Source of the DNA: Thermoanaerobaculia bacterium
GTDB taxonomy: Bacteria; Acidobacteriota; Thermoanaerobaculia; UBA5066
Assembly: GCA_038245905.1 (NCBI GenBank)
Contig: JBBRRY010000001.1
Span: 224,001 to 288,000, forward strand
Direction: 5' to 3'
Length of the DNA stretch: 64,000 nt
The position numbers were made by a program, and so were the translations under genes. The notes below the pieces were generated by a model. The model had not been told where the DNA came from and did not search any database. It was given only the letters and a program-made list of their open reading frames with translations. Shown piece after piece: positions 1 to 8,961 of this stretch. Numbering within the stretch: the stretch's first letter is position 1; each line of letters opens with the position of its first letter.

Positions 1-150
1 CGTCGTGACGAGCGTCTCGCACGCGACGCGCCCCATCGGATCGTCCTTCAGAATCGCGTCGAGGATAGCGTCCGAGATCTGGTCGGCGATCTTGTCCGGA
101 TGGCCTTCGGTCACCGATTCCGAAGTGAAAAGGCTGCGGTTCTTGCCCAT
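1..150 (-). CDS. metK: S-adenosylmethionine synthetase, N-terminal part (runs off window)
   Basis: Not in ORF track. Manual translation [50 protein letters not shown] has the MetK signature [13 protein letters not shown]. Confidence 0.95.
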   Translation of the reverse strand, partial: MGKNRSLFTSESVTEGHPDKIADQISDAILDAILKDDPMGRVACETLVTT

Positions 151-210
151 GTTTCTGCGCTCCAAAGCCGCCACGCGGCGAAGGGCGGAGTTTAGCAGGG
201 CACACCGAGC

Positions 211-804
211 TCAAGGCCGGAATATAAGGAATCGAGTCGTTCCGTATCGGCGGCGGTCGGCGGGCTCGAGACCCGACGGGCGATAGACCTCGTCGTCGCC
301 GCGTTCGTGAAACAGCCAGCCCGCCGGTCTGACGAGAGCGAGTAGAGATTGAAGATCGGATTGGGAATTTGCTCCGAAAGGGGGATCGTGGAAGACCACG
401 TCGAACAGGGAGACGCCTCGGTTCCCGAAAGGGCCCGCGGCGGCGCCTGCGATGTCGGCGCCCGAGACTCCGGCGCGTCCCTCTTCATCTTTCGAAGCAA
501 ATCTCTCTACGGACGTCACCTCGACGCGAGACGCATCCCCCGCACCCAGCCGCTCCAGATTCCCACTCAAAGCCCTCGCAACCATCCGGTCCGCCTCGAC
601 GAAGGTCGCGTGCTTCGCTCCGCGCGAGAGCGCCTCGAGCCCATACGCTCCCGAGCCCGCGCACGAATCGAGGACGCGCGCGCCGCGCACGGCCTCGCTG
701 AGGATGTCGAACGCGGCCTTGCGCGCGAGCTCGGTTGTCGGGCGGATGCCTTCGGGTACTTCGAGCCGGCGTCCCCGCCACAGGCCGCCCGTCAGGCGCA
801 CCAC
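211..804 (-). CDS. rsmD: 16S rRNA (guanine966-N2)-methyltransferase RsmD
   Basis: GGLWRGRRL, IRPT, VLDSCAGSGAYGLEALSRGA and FDVVFHDPPF motifs; an apparent extra loop precedes the DPPF strand. Confidence 0.9.
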   Translation of the reverse strand: MVRLTGGLWRGRRLEVPEGIRPTTELARKAAFDILSEAVRGARVLDSCAGSGAYGLEALSRGAKHATFVEADRMVARALSGNLERLGAGDASRVEVTSVERFASKDEEGRAGVSGADIAGAAAGPFGNRGVSLFDVVFHDPPFGANSQSDLQSLLALVRPAGWLFHERGDDEVYRPSGLEPADRRRYGTTRFLIFRP

Positions 805-806
805 GC

Positions 807-1526
807 TCAGCGCCTCTTCGCCGGAGAGGCTTCCGGCGGGCGTGACCCGGCCGCGGAGGGATCCTCGAACAGCCGCGGCAGATCGCCGCGGTATGCGAAG
901 ACCCTCATCTTGTAGCCTCCGTGCTCACCTCCCGGGGCGAGCTCCTCGAGCTCGAAGTCGTGATCCAGGGTGTCGTCGTGAACGACGCGATACCAGACCC
1001 CGTCGACCCGCCGCCGGAGAAACGCCCCGGGCTTCAGGGCTCCGGTGTCCCACTTCGTCTCGGCCAGATCCTGCTTTTCGAAGCGGTCTCGAAGATCTTC
1101 CAGCGCCCCCCGCGCCCGCCCCACTGCCAAGGGAAGCGAGACGAAATCGTCGAACGTATACAGGCGGGACCCTCCGGCGGGATCGACGATCTCGAGTGTG
1201 ATCCGCCGGCCGCCCGCGTCACCGAGGACCGATCGGCCCGGGTCGTCGACGTCCTTCGCCCGCACCGCGAGCGCCTCGAGACAGACCCCACGCACGACCG
1301 CCACCTCCTCGGGCGCCAGCGCCTTCCGGTCGACGATCCGCTCACCCCTGAACCCACGGACACGGACGAGAGCGCCGTCGTCGAAGAGTGCCACGCGCTC
1401 CATGCCGACGCCCTGGTGCGATTCGAGAGCGGCGACGAGGTGCGGGTCGCGCTTTTCGGGCGTCGGAACAGGTGCCGGGACGGCCGCCGGAGCGAGCAGA
1501 ACGAGGAGGAGCAGGCCTCCCATCAT
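807..1526 (-). CDS. hypothetical secreted protein
   Basis: Signal-peptide-like N-terminus MMGGLLLLVLLAPAA; 4-nt overlap with the upstream gene and 2-nt gap to rsmD. Confidence 0.7.
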   Translation of the reverse strand: MMGGLLLLVLLAPAAVPAPVPTPEKRDPHLVAALESHQGVGMERVALFDDGALVRVRGFRGERIVDRKALAPEEVAVVRGVCLEALAVRAKDVDDPGRSVLGDAGGRRITLEIVDPAGGSRLYTFDDFVSLPLAVGRARGALEDLRDRFEKQDLAETKWDTGALKPGAFLRRRVDGVWYRVVHDDTLDHDFELEELAPGGEHGGYKMRVFAYRGDLPRLFEDPSAAGSRPPEASPAKRR

Positions 1527-2494
1527 CGCGGCTCCAGTCCCGCGGCATGCCTCAGGGCCTTCGAAAAGTTCAAGCGCGACGCGATGGCGGCGCGCTCGGG
1601 CCGCGGCAGCGGCTCGAGGAGGCGTCGCCAGACTTCTCCTGGTTTCGGACGCGCATCCACCCCGCGCGGCCCGTCTGCAGATGTCTTCGGAGAAAGTACC
1701 GATAGATTTTTCTTAGAAGGAAATACGGGCCCCAACCACCCGGGAAGGACGTCACCGAAAAGTGAAGGGCCGCTCGCGAGGGCCGCCGCAGCCTCCCATT
1801 CACGTTCTAAGAAAATCTCTTCTATTCCTTTCCTCATTCGGTCGCCCGAGAGAGCTGCGAAAGCGCCTGCGGCTCTCGCCGCCTTCAACGCCTTCAGAAA
1901 CTCTCCGTCCCAGCCGAATCCGAGCCGCGCTGCGTACTTGACCGCGCGGTAGGCCCGCGTCGGATCGTCGACGAGCGATTTCGGATGGAGGAGTCGGATC
2001 TTCCTTGCTTCGAGGTCGGCGCGCCCTCCAAAGGGATCGAGCACGCGCCCGACGAGGCCGCGACGTCCGACCCGCCGCGCCATCGCATGGATCGTGAAGT
2101 CCCGGCGGCCGAGGTCGTCCTCGATCGTGGTCGTGCCGATCACGACCGGCAGACTGGCTGGCGACGGGTATTCCTCGCGGCGGGTCGCCGCGATATCGAC
2201 GCGGAGGCCGCTCGGCCCGCGGAGAGTCGCGGTCCCGAAACGGACGTGCGTCTTCTCGAGCGTCCAGCCGGGCAGAGCGCCCAGGCGGGCCGCAAACTCC
2301 AGAGCGCTCGCCGCACCTGCCTCGACGGCCAGATCGACGTCGCGAAGAGGGCGCCCAAGAAGGAGGTCGCGCAGCGCGCCTCCGACGAGCCACAGTCCCA
2401 CCTCGCGCCGGTCGGCAACCTCGCCCGCGCGCGCGAGATGAACCCCGATTGCTTCGGCATCGAGCCTGGGAACGGGCTCGCCGATTTCGCTCAT
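1523..2494 (-). CDS. tRNA nucleotidyltransferase / poly(A) polymerase family (class II NTase)
   Basis: LVGGALRDLLLG..DVD, FGTA, VDIAATRREEY, EDDLGRRDFTI and DDPTR motifs. Start set at ATG 2494, which overlaps the dnaE stop (ATGA). Confidence 0.85.
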   Translation of the reverse strand: MSEIGEPVPRLDAEAIGVHLARAGEVADRREVGLWLVGGALRDLLLGRPLRDVDLAVEAGAASALEFAARLGALPGWTLEKTHVRFGTATLRGPSGLRVDIAATRREEYPSPASLPVVIGTTTIEDDLGRRDFTIHAMARRVGRRGLVGRVLDPFGGRADLEARKIRLLHPKSLVDDPTRAYRAVKYAARLGFGWDGEFLKALKAARAAGAFAALSGDRMRKGIEEIFLEREWEAAAALASGPSLFGDVLPGWLGPVFPSKKNLSVLSPKTSADGPRGVDARPKPGEVWRRLLEPLPRPERAAIASRLNFSKALRHAAGLEPR

Positions 2495-5400
2495 GAAGCG
2501 GATGCGTAGACGTATCGGACGGAGCCGGGGCCGAGTAGGGTCTGCATAGACGCCGTGAATTCGGGCGAGGGTCGGACCCACAGGCGGGAGTCGATCCTTT
2601 GGCGGGCGGCGAAGTGGCCGGGCCGGCGCAGCTCAAGCGATACGGGCACCGAGCCCGCATATCTTCTGAGAACCTCCCTAAGGGCCTCTTCGTCGAAGGT
2701 CTCGAAGTTCTGAGGAACGATCAGCACTTCCCGCGCGGCCTGCTCGCGCATGCCCTCGAGAGGCTGGATCTCGCGCGCGATGAGCTCGACCGGAATGCCG
2801 GCGGTCTCGCCCTCGGAAGCGTCGTGCGTCGCACCGCCGGGCGCCATCGAGAGGCGCACCGTCCCGGTGACGAGCACGGCCCGCCCGGGGGCGAGCCACG
2901 AGCCCACCCGCTCGAGAAGACTCGCGAAGACCGTGACGGGCACGGAGCCCGTCAGGTCCTCGACGACGGCTTTCGCCATCATCTTTCCTTCGTTCTGCCC
3001 CTTCTTGATCTGATTCTTCTTGATCGCGCCGACGAGGCCCACGAGCTTCACCGGCGCGTCGAGACGATCGCGCAACGTCTCGCACGTCACGTCGCCGAAC
3101 AGCCGGATCTCGTCCTCGAAGCGCGCGAGGGGGTGGCCCGTGATGTAGAAGCCGAGCGTCTCCTTCTCGTAGCGGATCTTCTCGTCGACGTTCCACTCCG
3201 GCTTGTCCGGGAACTGGTCCTCGACCCTCGATTCTTCGGGGACGTCGAAGAGAAGGTTCTGGCTCGACGCCGCGGCGTCGCGAGCCGCCGCCGCGACGTC
3301 GACGGCATGGTCGAGCCCGTCCAGAAACGCCGCGCGGCTCTTTCCCAGCGAGTCGAAGCAGCCGGACTTGATGAGCGCCTCGATGACTCTCTTGTTGTTG
3401 AGACGGAGATCGACGCGCGAGCAGAAGTCCGTGAGGGACTTGAACGGCCCGTCGCCTGCGCGCGCCGCGAGAACGGACGCGACGGCGCCTTCTCCGACAC
3501 CCTTGACGGCTCCGAGCCCGAAACGGATGGCCGGCCCGTCGGGCGTGAACGAGAGATCCGACGCGTTGACGTCGGGCGGCAGCACGGCGATCTTCATGTC
3601 CCGACACGTGTTCACGTACTTCACGACATCGTCCGAGCTCCCCGAGCTCGCCGTCAGGGTGGCCGCCAGGAACTCCACCGGGTAATGCACCTTCATCCAC
3701 GCGGTGCGATACGCGAGAAGCGCGTAAACGACCGAGTGAGACTTGTTGAAGCCGTACCGGCCGAAGGGCAGGATGAGGGCCCACAGCTCCTCGGCCTTCC
3801 TCTTCGGAGTCCCGTTCGCGACGGACTTCTTGATGAACTTGTCGCCCTCGGCCTTGAGCAGCGCGTCGTCCTTCTTGCCGATCGCCTTCCGGAGCTTGTC
3901 CGCTTCGCCCGGCGTGTAGCCCGCCACGGCCCGCGCCGCGAGCATGACTTGCTCCTGATAGACGAGGACGCCATGCGTCTCCCGGAGAATCGGCTCGAGC
4001 TGCGGCAGCGGATACTCGAACTTCGTTCCCCGGCGTCTCTGGATGTAAACCTCGACGGTGCCGGCGTCCAACGCGCCCGGACGATAGAGCGCGTTGAGCG
4101 CCGCGAGGTCGTCGAACACCTCGGGCTTCACGCGGCGGAGAAGATCGCGCATCCCGGACGACTCGAACTGGAAGACCCCGTCCGTCCGACCGTCGGCGAA
4201 GAGCCTGTAGACCTCGGGGTCGTCGAGTGGAATCGCATCCACGTCCGGGCGCTTTCCGTCCTTCTTCTCCGCGAAACGCAGCGCGTCGTCGAGGATCGTC
4301 AGCGTGATGAGTCCGAGGAAGTCCATCTTCAGGAGGCCCATCCGGTCGACGGACTTCATCTCGAACTGCGTCGTGATTTCGTCGTTGCTGTTCCGGTAGA
4401 GAGGGAGGTACTCCACGAGCGGCCTCGGGGCGATGAGAACGCCGGCCGCGTGCACGCCCGCGTGCCGCGACACACCCTCGAGGCGCTCGCCGAGGTCGAA
4501 GAGACGCCGGTAGGTCTCGTTGTCCCGGAGCGCGTCGGCAAGCTCCTTCACGTCCCGGCGCGCCTCGGCGAGCATCGTCGGCTTTCCCGGGTTCGCCGGG
4601 ATGAGCGAGCAGAGGCGGTTCACCTCGGCCAGCGGCACGTCGAGGACGCGGCCCACGTCGCGGATGACGGCCCGGGCCTTCATGGAGTTGAACGTGATGA
4701 TCTGGCCGACGTTCTCGCGCCCGTACTTCGTGCGCACATACTCGATGACCTCCCCGCGGCGCCGCTCGCACAGGTCGACGTCGATGTCGGGCATCGAGAT
4801 GCGGTCCGGGTTCAGGAAACGCTCGAACAGCAGATCGTACTTGAGCGGGTCGACGTCCGTAATCTTGAGCGCGTACGCGACCAGCGAGCCGGCCGCGCTC
4901 CCCCGCCCCGGACCCACGGGAATAGCCTGGTCCTTCGCGTACTTGATGAAGTCCCACACGATGAGGAAATAGCTCGAGAGGCCCATCTTCCGGATGACGG
5001 ACAGCTCCCAGGTCAGGCGTTCGTCGTACTCGACCCGAGTCTTTTTCGCCGTGCCGTTCTCGAACGACGCGCGCAGCGGCTCGAGCCGGCGCTCGAGGCC
5101 CTCCTTCGCGAGGTCCTCGAGATACTCCTCGGGGGTCTGCTCCCCTCCCGGAACGGGGAACGTGGGGATCTTGAGGCCGGTATCCAGGATGACGCTCGGT
5201 GTGACGCGCTCGGCGATCGCGGCCGTGTTCTTCACCGCTTCGAGCGTGTATGGGCGGAACACGTCGCTCATCTCCTCGGCGTTCTTCACGTAGAACTCCG
5301 AGTTGTAGAACCTCATCCGCTTCGCGTCGTTGAGCGTCTTCCCCATCCCGATGCAGAGAAGGACGTCCTGCGCCGCGGCGTCGTCCCGAGTCAAATAGTG

Positions 5401-6036
5401 CGAATCATTCGTCGCGACCGGCGGAATGCCGGTCTCCGAAGAAAGCCGCAGGAGATCCGGGAGGATCTGCCGCTGCTCGGGGAGACCGTGATCCATGAGC
5501 TCGATGAAGTAGCGGTCCTTCCCGAAGAGGTCGCGGTATTTCAGCGCCGTCTTCTTCGCCCCTTCGTAGTCGCCGATCCGGAGCCTTTTGGAGACCTCCG
5601 AGTTCAGGCAGCCGGACAGGGCGATGATCCCTTCGTGGTACTTCTCGAGGAGCTCCCAGTCCATCCGCGGCTTGTAGTAGAAGCCGGAAAGGAACGCCTC
5701 CGAGACGAGCCGCGCGAGATTCCGGTAGCCGTCGGGATTCTCCACGAGGAGCGTCAGGTGATAGTTGCTTCCTTCTCCGTCGAACGTCTTCACGCTTTCG
5801 CGGTCGAATCGCGAACCGGGTGCGATATACGCCTCGACGCCGAGGATCGGCTTGATCCCCGCCTCGAGCGCGGTCGTCTGGAGCTCGTACGCCCCGAACA
5901 TGTTTCCGTGATCCGTGACCGCGACGGCGTCCATGCCGGTCGACTTGACCTGCCTGATCAGGTCCTTGAGCCGGTTCGCGCCGTCGAGGAGGGAGTACTG
6001 GGTGTGGAGGTGGAGGTGAACGAAGTCGCCGGACAT
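2491..6036 (-). CDS. dnaE: DNA polymerase III subunit alpha
   Basis: FVHLHLHTQYSLLDG PHP domain, GPGRGSAAGSLVAY, MPDIDVD, YGFNKSH and a C-terminal OB fold; 1181 aa. Confidence 0.98.
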   Translation of the reverse strand: MSGDFVHLHLHTQYSLLDGANRLKDLIRQVKSTGMDAVAVTDHGNMFGAYELQTTALEAGIKPILGVEAYIAPGSRFDRESVKTFDGEGSNYHLTLLVENPDGYRNLARLVSEAFLSGFYYKPRMDWELLEKYHEGIIALSGCLNSEVSKRLRIGDYEGAKKTALKYRDLFGKDRYFIELMDHGLPEQRQILPDLLRLSSETGIPPVATNDSHYLTRDDAAAQDVLLCIGMGKTLNDAKRMRFYNSEFYVKNAEEMSDVFRPYTLEAVKNTAAIAERVTPSVILDTGLKIPTFPVPGGEQTPEEYLEDLAKEGLERRLEPLRASFENGTAKKTRVEYDERLTWELSVIRKMGLSSYFLIVWDFIKYAKDQAIPVGPGRGSAAGSLVAYALKITDVDPLKYDLLFERFLNPDRISMPDIDVDLCERRRGEVIEYVRTKYGRENVGQIITFNSMKARAVIRDVGRVLDVPLAEVNRLCSLIPANPGKPTMLAEARRDVKELADALRDNETYRRLFDLGERLEGVSRHAGVHAAGVLIAPRPLVEYLPLYRNSNDEITTQFEMKSVDRMGLLKMDFLGLITLTILDDALRFAEKKDGKRPDVDAIPLDDPEVYRLFADGRTDGVFQFESSGMRDLLRRVKPEVFDDLAALNALYRPGALDAGTVEVYIQRRRGTKFEYPLPQLEPILRETHGVLVYQEQVMLAARAVAGYTPGEADKLRKAIGKKDDALLKAEGDKFIKKSVANGTPKRKAEELWALILPFGRYGFNKSHSVVYALLAYRTAWMKVHYPVEFLAATLTASSGSSDDVVKYVNTCRDMKIAVLPPDVNASDLSFTPDGPAIRFGLGAVKGVGEGAVASVLAARAGDGPFKSLTDFCSRVDLRLNNKRVIEALIKSGCFDSLGKSRAAFLDGLDHAVDVAAAARDAAASSQNLLFDVPEESRVEDQFPDKPEWNVDEKIRYEKETLGFYITGHPLARFEDEIRLFGDVTCETLRDRLDAPVKLVGLVGAIKKNQIKKGQNEGKMMAKAVVEDLTGSVPVTVFASLLERVGSWLAPGRAVLVTGTVRLSMAPGGATHDASEGETAGIPVELIAREIQPLEGMREQAAREVLIVPQNFETFDEEALREVLRRYAGSVPVSLELRRPGHFAARQRIDSRLWVRPSPEFTASMQTLLGPGSVRYVYASAS

Positions 6037-6079
6037 TCCGGGGCCGATTGTAGTGCCTCATAATTCCGTAGCGGGCCCA

Positions 6080-7243
6080 ATGCGCTTCCTGTCTCTCGTC
6101 CTCAAGAACCTCCTCCGCAAGAAGACGCGGACGCTCCTGACGGTCGGTTCGGTCCTATTCCCCGTGTTTCTCGTCGCGTTCATGGCGACGTTCCTGAGGA
6201 CTCTCGCCCTTCCCGATCCGGCGCGCGAGCGCGGCCTCTACCGGCTCGTCACGCGGCACAAGGTTGGCCTCACGACACCTCTCCCGTATGGGATCCTCGC
6301 GAAGATCGCCCCCCTCGAAGGCGTCCGTGCGATCACGCCGATCGACCGTTTCGGCGGCCTCTATCGCGATGCGAGCGCCGGGAACGTCTTTCCGCGGTTC
6401 GCCGTGGATGCCGAGCAATTTCTCCGGGTCTTCGACGACGCGACGATCGTGAAGGGGTCGGCCGACGACTGGAAACGGGACCGGGCGGGCGGCCTCGTCG
6501 GGATCGCCCTCGTGAAGAAATACGGCTGGAAGATCGGCGACCGCGTCACGATCACAGGCACGCTCTATCCGGTGGACCTCACGTTCACGGTCCAGGGCGT
6601 CTATAGCCTCCCGTACGAGAACTCCGCGAGCATCTTCTTCCACCGCGCGTACCTCGAGGAGGCGTACCCGCCCTTCCGCGGCAACGTCTCGACCGTATGG
6701 ACTCGCTGCACGGACGCAGCCTGCGCCGGGCGGCTCCCGCGGCAGATCGATGACTTCTTCGAGAACTCACCCGCCCCGACGAAGACCGAGAGCGAGAACG
6801 CCTTCACGTTGGGTTTCGTCTCTCTCCTCGGGAACGTCCAGTTCCTCCTGACCTCGATGGGCGCGATCATCATCGGCGTCGTCGTCCTGATCGCGGCGAA
6901 TACGATCGCGCTCAACGTGCGCGAGCGTGTCGTCGAGGTCGCCGTCCTCCGGACGCTCGGTTTCTCGCGCATGCGGGTCGTCGGCCTCATCGTGAGCGAA
7001 AGCATTGCCCTTGCGGGCGTCGGCGGTGGCCTCGGATTTCTCCTGTTCGTGGCCGCGTTCTCGCGCCTCAAGAGCGCTCTCATGGAGACGAGGATGTCGC
7101 CCTTCGCCGCAGGAATGAAGATTTTCCCCGAGGTCGTCGCGCTCGCGGCGGCCGTCACGCTCGTCGTGGGCCTGCTCGCGGCGATCGTCCCAGCGGCGAG
7201 AGCCGCGCGGCGGCCCATCGTGGACGGCCTGCGCGCGCTTTGA
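6080..7243 (+). CDS. ABC transporter permease, MacB/FtsX family
   Basis: LKNLLRKKTRTLLT N-terminal TM, periplasmic domain, RERVVEVAVLRTLGF and PAARAAR. Start ATG 6080 preferred. Confidence 0.9.
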   Translation: MRFLSLVLKNLLRKKTRTLLTVGSVLFPVFLVAFMATFLRTLALPDPARERGLYRLVTRHKVGLTTPLPYGILAKIAPLEGVRAITPIDRFGGLYRDASAGNVFPRFAVDAEQFLRVFDDATIVKGSADDWKRDRAGGLVGIALVKKYGWKIGDRVTITGTLYPVDLTFTVQGVYSLPYENSASIFFHRAYLEEAYPPFRGNVSTVWTRCTDAACAGRLPRQIDDFFENSPAPTKTESENAFTLGFVSLLGNVQFLLTSMGAIIIGVVVLIAANTIALNVRERVVEVAVLRTLGFSRMRVVGLIVSESIALAGVGGGLGFLLFVAAFSRLKSALMETRMSPFAAGMKIFPEVVALAAAVTLVVGLLAAIVPAARAARRPIVDGLRAL

Positions 7244-7255
7244 CCGGGCGAGCGC

Positions 7256-7729
7256 CTAGAGCCAGCGGTGCGTGCGCGCCTTGAAGGCCCAGTACTCTTC
7301 CCCGAACTTCCGCTCGAGGTAGGCCTCCTCCCGGTCGATCACGAAACGCCGGAGCGCGAGCCATACGGGCGGCAGCGCCGCGAGAAGCCATGGCGTGTTC
7401 GCGATCAGCGCGATCCCCGCCACCCCGGCCGAGAGACCGACGTACATCGGGTTACGCGAGACGCGGTATGGCCCCGACGTCACGAGGGCGCTCACGGCGT
7501 GGTTCGGGTGCGGCGTCGTCCGCGCCCTCAGGAACATCGCGAGTGCCCAGCCTCCGAAGGCAAGACCGACGAGGGCGAGTGCGGAGCCCGCGATGCGGGC
7601 GGGCCCCTCGAGGGCCGGCGGGACCACCCGGACCGGGACGAGCCACTTCAGGAGGAAACCCGCCGCGAGCCCGAGCCCGAAGAGGACCGGCGGGATGACG
7701 GGGACGTTCGCGTGGGTTTCCGTCGGCAT
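7256..7729 (-). CDS. isoprenylcysteine carboxyl methyltransferase (ICMT/PEMT) family membrane protein
   Basis: LVTSGPYRVSRNPMY, EEAYLERKFGEEY and RW C-terminus; GGGGAG RBS before ATG 7729. Confidence 0.9.
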   Translation of the reverse strand: MPTETHANVPVIPPVLFGLGLAAGFLLKWLVPVRVVPPALEGPARIAGSALALVGLAFGGWALAMFLRARTTPHPNHAVSALVTSGPYRVSRNPMYVGLSAGVAGIALIANTPWLLAALPPVWLALRRFVIDREEAYLERKFGEEYWAFKARTHRWL

Positions 7730-7759
7730 GGCTTCTCCCCGCACAGGATACCCGCGCCT

Positions 7760-8494
7760 TTACCGCACGTCGCCGTACCAGTAGCGGTCCAGAAAGCGGG
7801 ACCCCTTCTGGCCGCGCCGAAGCACCTCGAGGGCGACGGCAGGCATCAGCCGGAAGTAGTGCCAGTCGCCGTACGCGTCGAATTTCCGGACGGACGCGAT
7901 TGCCTTGGCACTCCGGAGGCGCGTCAGGTGCTGGCCTCGGGGCCGGCCGAGGCGCCTCAGCGCGAAGAGCAGCGCCACGTCTTCGGCCACGAGCAGACTC
8001 TCGTCGTATCCGCCGATCGCCTCGAAATAGGATCTCGGGACGAACGTGGGGCCCGTGTCCATGCGCATCAGCCACACCATCGGCATGAGAGCGGCGTAGG
8101 TCAGCGCGAGCCCGATCGACATGCGCTCCAGACGCACCCCCGTCGCGCCGCCGACGACGCGACCCGTCGCGAGCGCCGCGTCGATCGCGTCGAACGTCCC
8201 GGGATGCATCCGGATGTCCGCGTCCACGAACACGAGGACCTCGCCGCGGGCCTCGTGGGCTCCCCCGTTCCGGACGGCGCCGATCACGCGTTTCTCGACT
8301 CTCACGACCCGGGCGCCCGTCGCGCGGGCGACCTCGGCCGTTCGGTCGGTCGAGATGTTGTCCGCGACGACCACCTCGACCCGCTCCGCGCCCCCGCGGT
8401 AGGCCCGGCGTGCCGCCTCGACCGTGTCGAGCAGTCGCGGCAGAACCTTCTCTTCGTTCCGGGCCGGAATGACGACCGAGAACCTCACTCCCAT
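7760..8494 (-). CDS. glycosyltransferase family 2
   Basis: FSVVIPARNEE, VVADNISTDRT, RNGGA, FVDAD (DxD), IGGYDE..AED. Start trimmed to ATG 8494 (GTG 8488 is an alternative). Confidence 0.9.
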   Translation of the reverse strand: MGVRFSVVIPARNEEKVLPRLLDTVEAARRAYRGGAERVEVVVADNISTDRTAEVARATGARVVRVEKRVIGAVRNGGAHEARGEVLVFVDADIRMHPGTFDAIDAALATGRVVGGATGVRLERMSIGLALTYAALMPMVWLMRMDTGPTFVPRSYFEAIGGYDESLLVAEDVALLFALRRLGRPRGQHLTRLRSAKAIASVRKFDAYGDWHYFRLMPAVALEVLRRGQKGSRFLDRYWYGDVR

Positions 8495-8562
8495 TCGAGT
8501 GTGCCGAATGCCATCGAAATCCAGAACAGCAGTGGATTCACGAGACGGGACCTCAGGCAGTC

Positions 8563-8961
8563 CTATGCCGGGCCCGGCGATCCCGGTTTCGGAAGGGGCG
8601 GCGCCTCCCTTTTCTCGTCGAGGAGGTGCCGGATCGCGAGGGCGGGGTGCCGCAGGAGCATCCGCGGCCCCGCGAAGCGCATGACCTCGTGCATCTGCTC
8701 GCGCTTGTCCTTCGTGTAGCAGTGGATCGGGCACTTCTTGCAGGTCGGCTTCTCCTCGCCGTACGGGCACTTCAGGAGCCGGTAGCTCGCGTACTCGAAC
8801 AGCCCCTCGCACGCCGCGCAGAGCTCGCCGTACGGGGCGCGCACATGGAGCGGGTGCGCCTCGCACCAGATGTGGAGCATCGCCGCGATCGTGCGCTGCT
8901 CGCGGCGGAGGCGCGGGGTCGTGAGAAGGAGGTCCTGGTGTTCCTTCGGGACGGCGATCAC
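8563..8961 (-). CDS. YgbA-like (nitrous oxide-stimulated promoter family) Cys-rich protein
   Basis: RLRREQRTIAAM..WC, LCAAC, RLLKCPYGEEKPTCKKCPIHCY, MRFAGPRMLLRHP. Confidence 0.85.
   Translation of the reverse strand: MIAVPKEHQDLLLTTPRLRREQRTIAAMLHIWCEAHPLHVRAPYGELCAACEGLFEYASYRLLKCPYGEEKPTCKKCPIHCYTKDKREQMHEVMRFAGPRMLLRHPALAIRHLLDEKREAPPLPKPGSPGPA

Noticed and set aside
151-210. Possible SAM riboswitch upstream of metK
   Set aside because: Only 60 nt, mostly taken up by a -10-like TAAACT and an RBS; no SAM-I or SAM-II consensus visible.
2491-6036. Intein in dnaE
   Set aside because: Normal length, and no intein splice-junction or LAGLIDADG motifs seen.
2599-6063. 1154-aa ORF antisense to dnaE, and many similar long shadow ORFs (e.g. 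21727-24105, 39091-41634, 54907-56961)
   Set aside because: Expected in high-GC DNA with few stop codons on the opposite strand; no motifs, and they overlap well-supported genes.
6080-7243. Orphan ABC permease without an adjacent ATPase
   Set aside because: MacB-like permease paralogs are often dispersed; partners may lie elsewhere in the genome.
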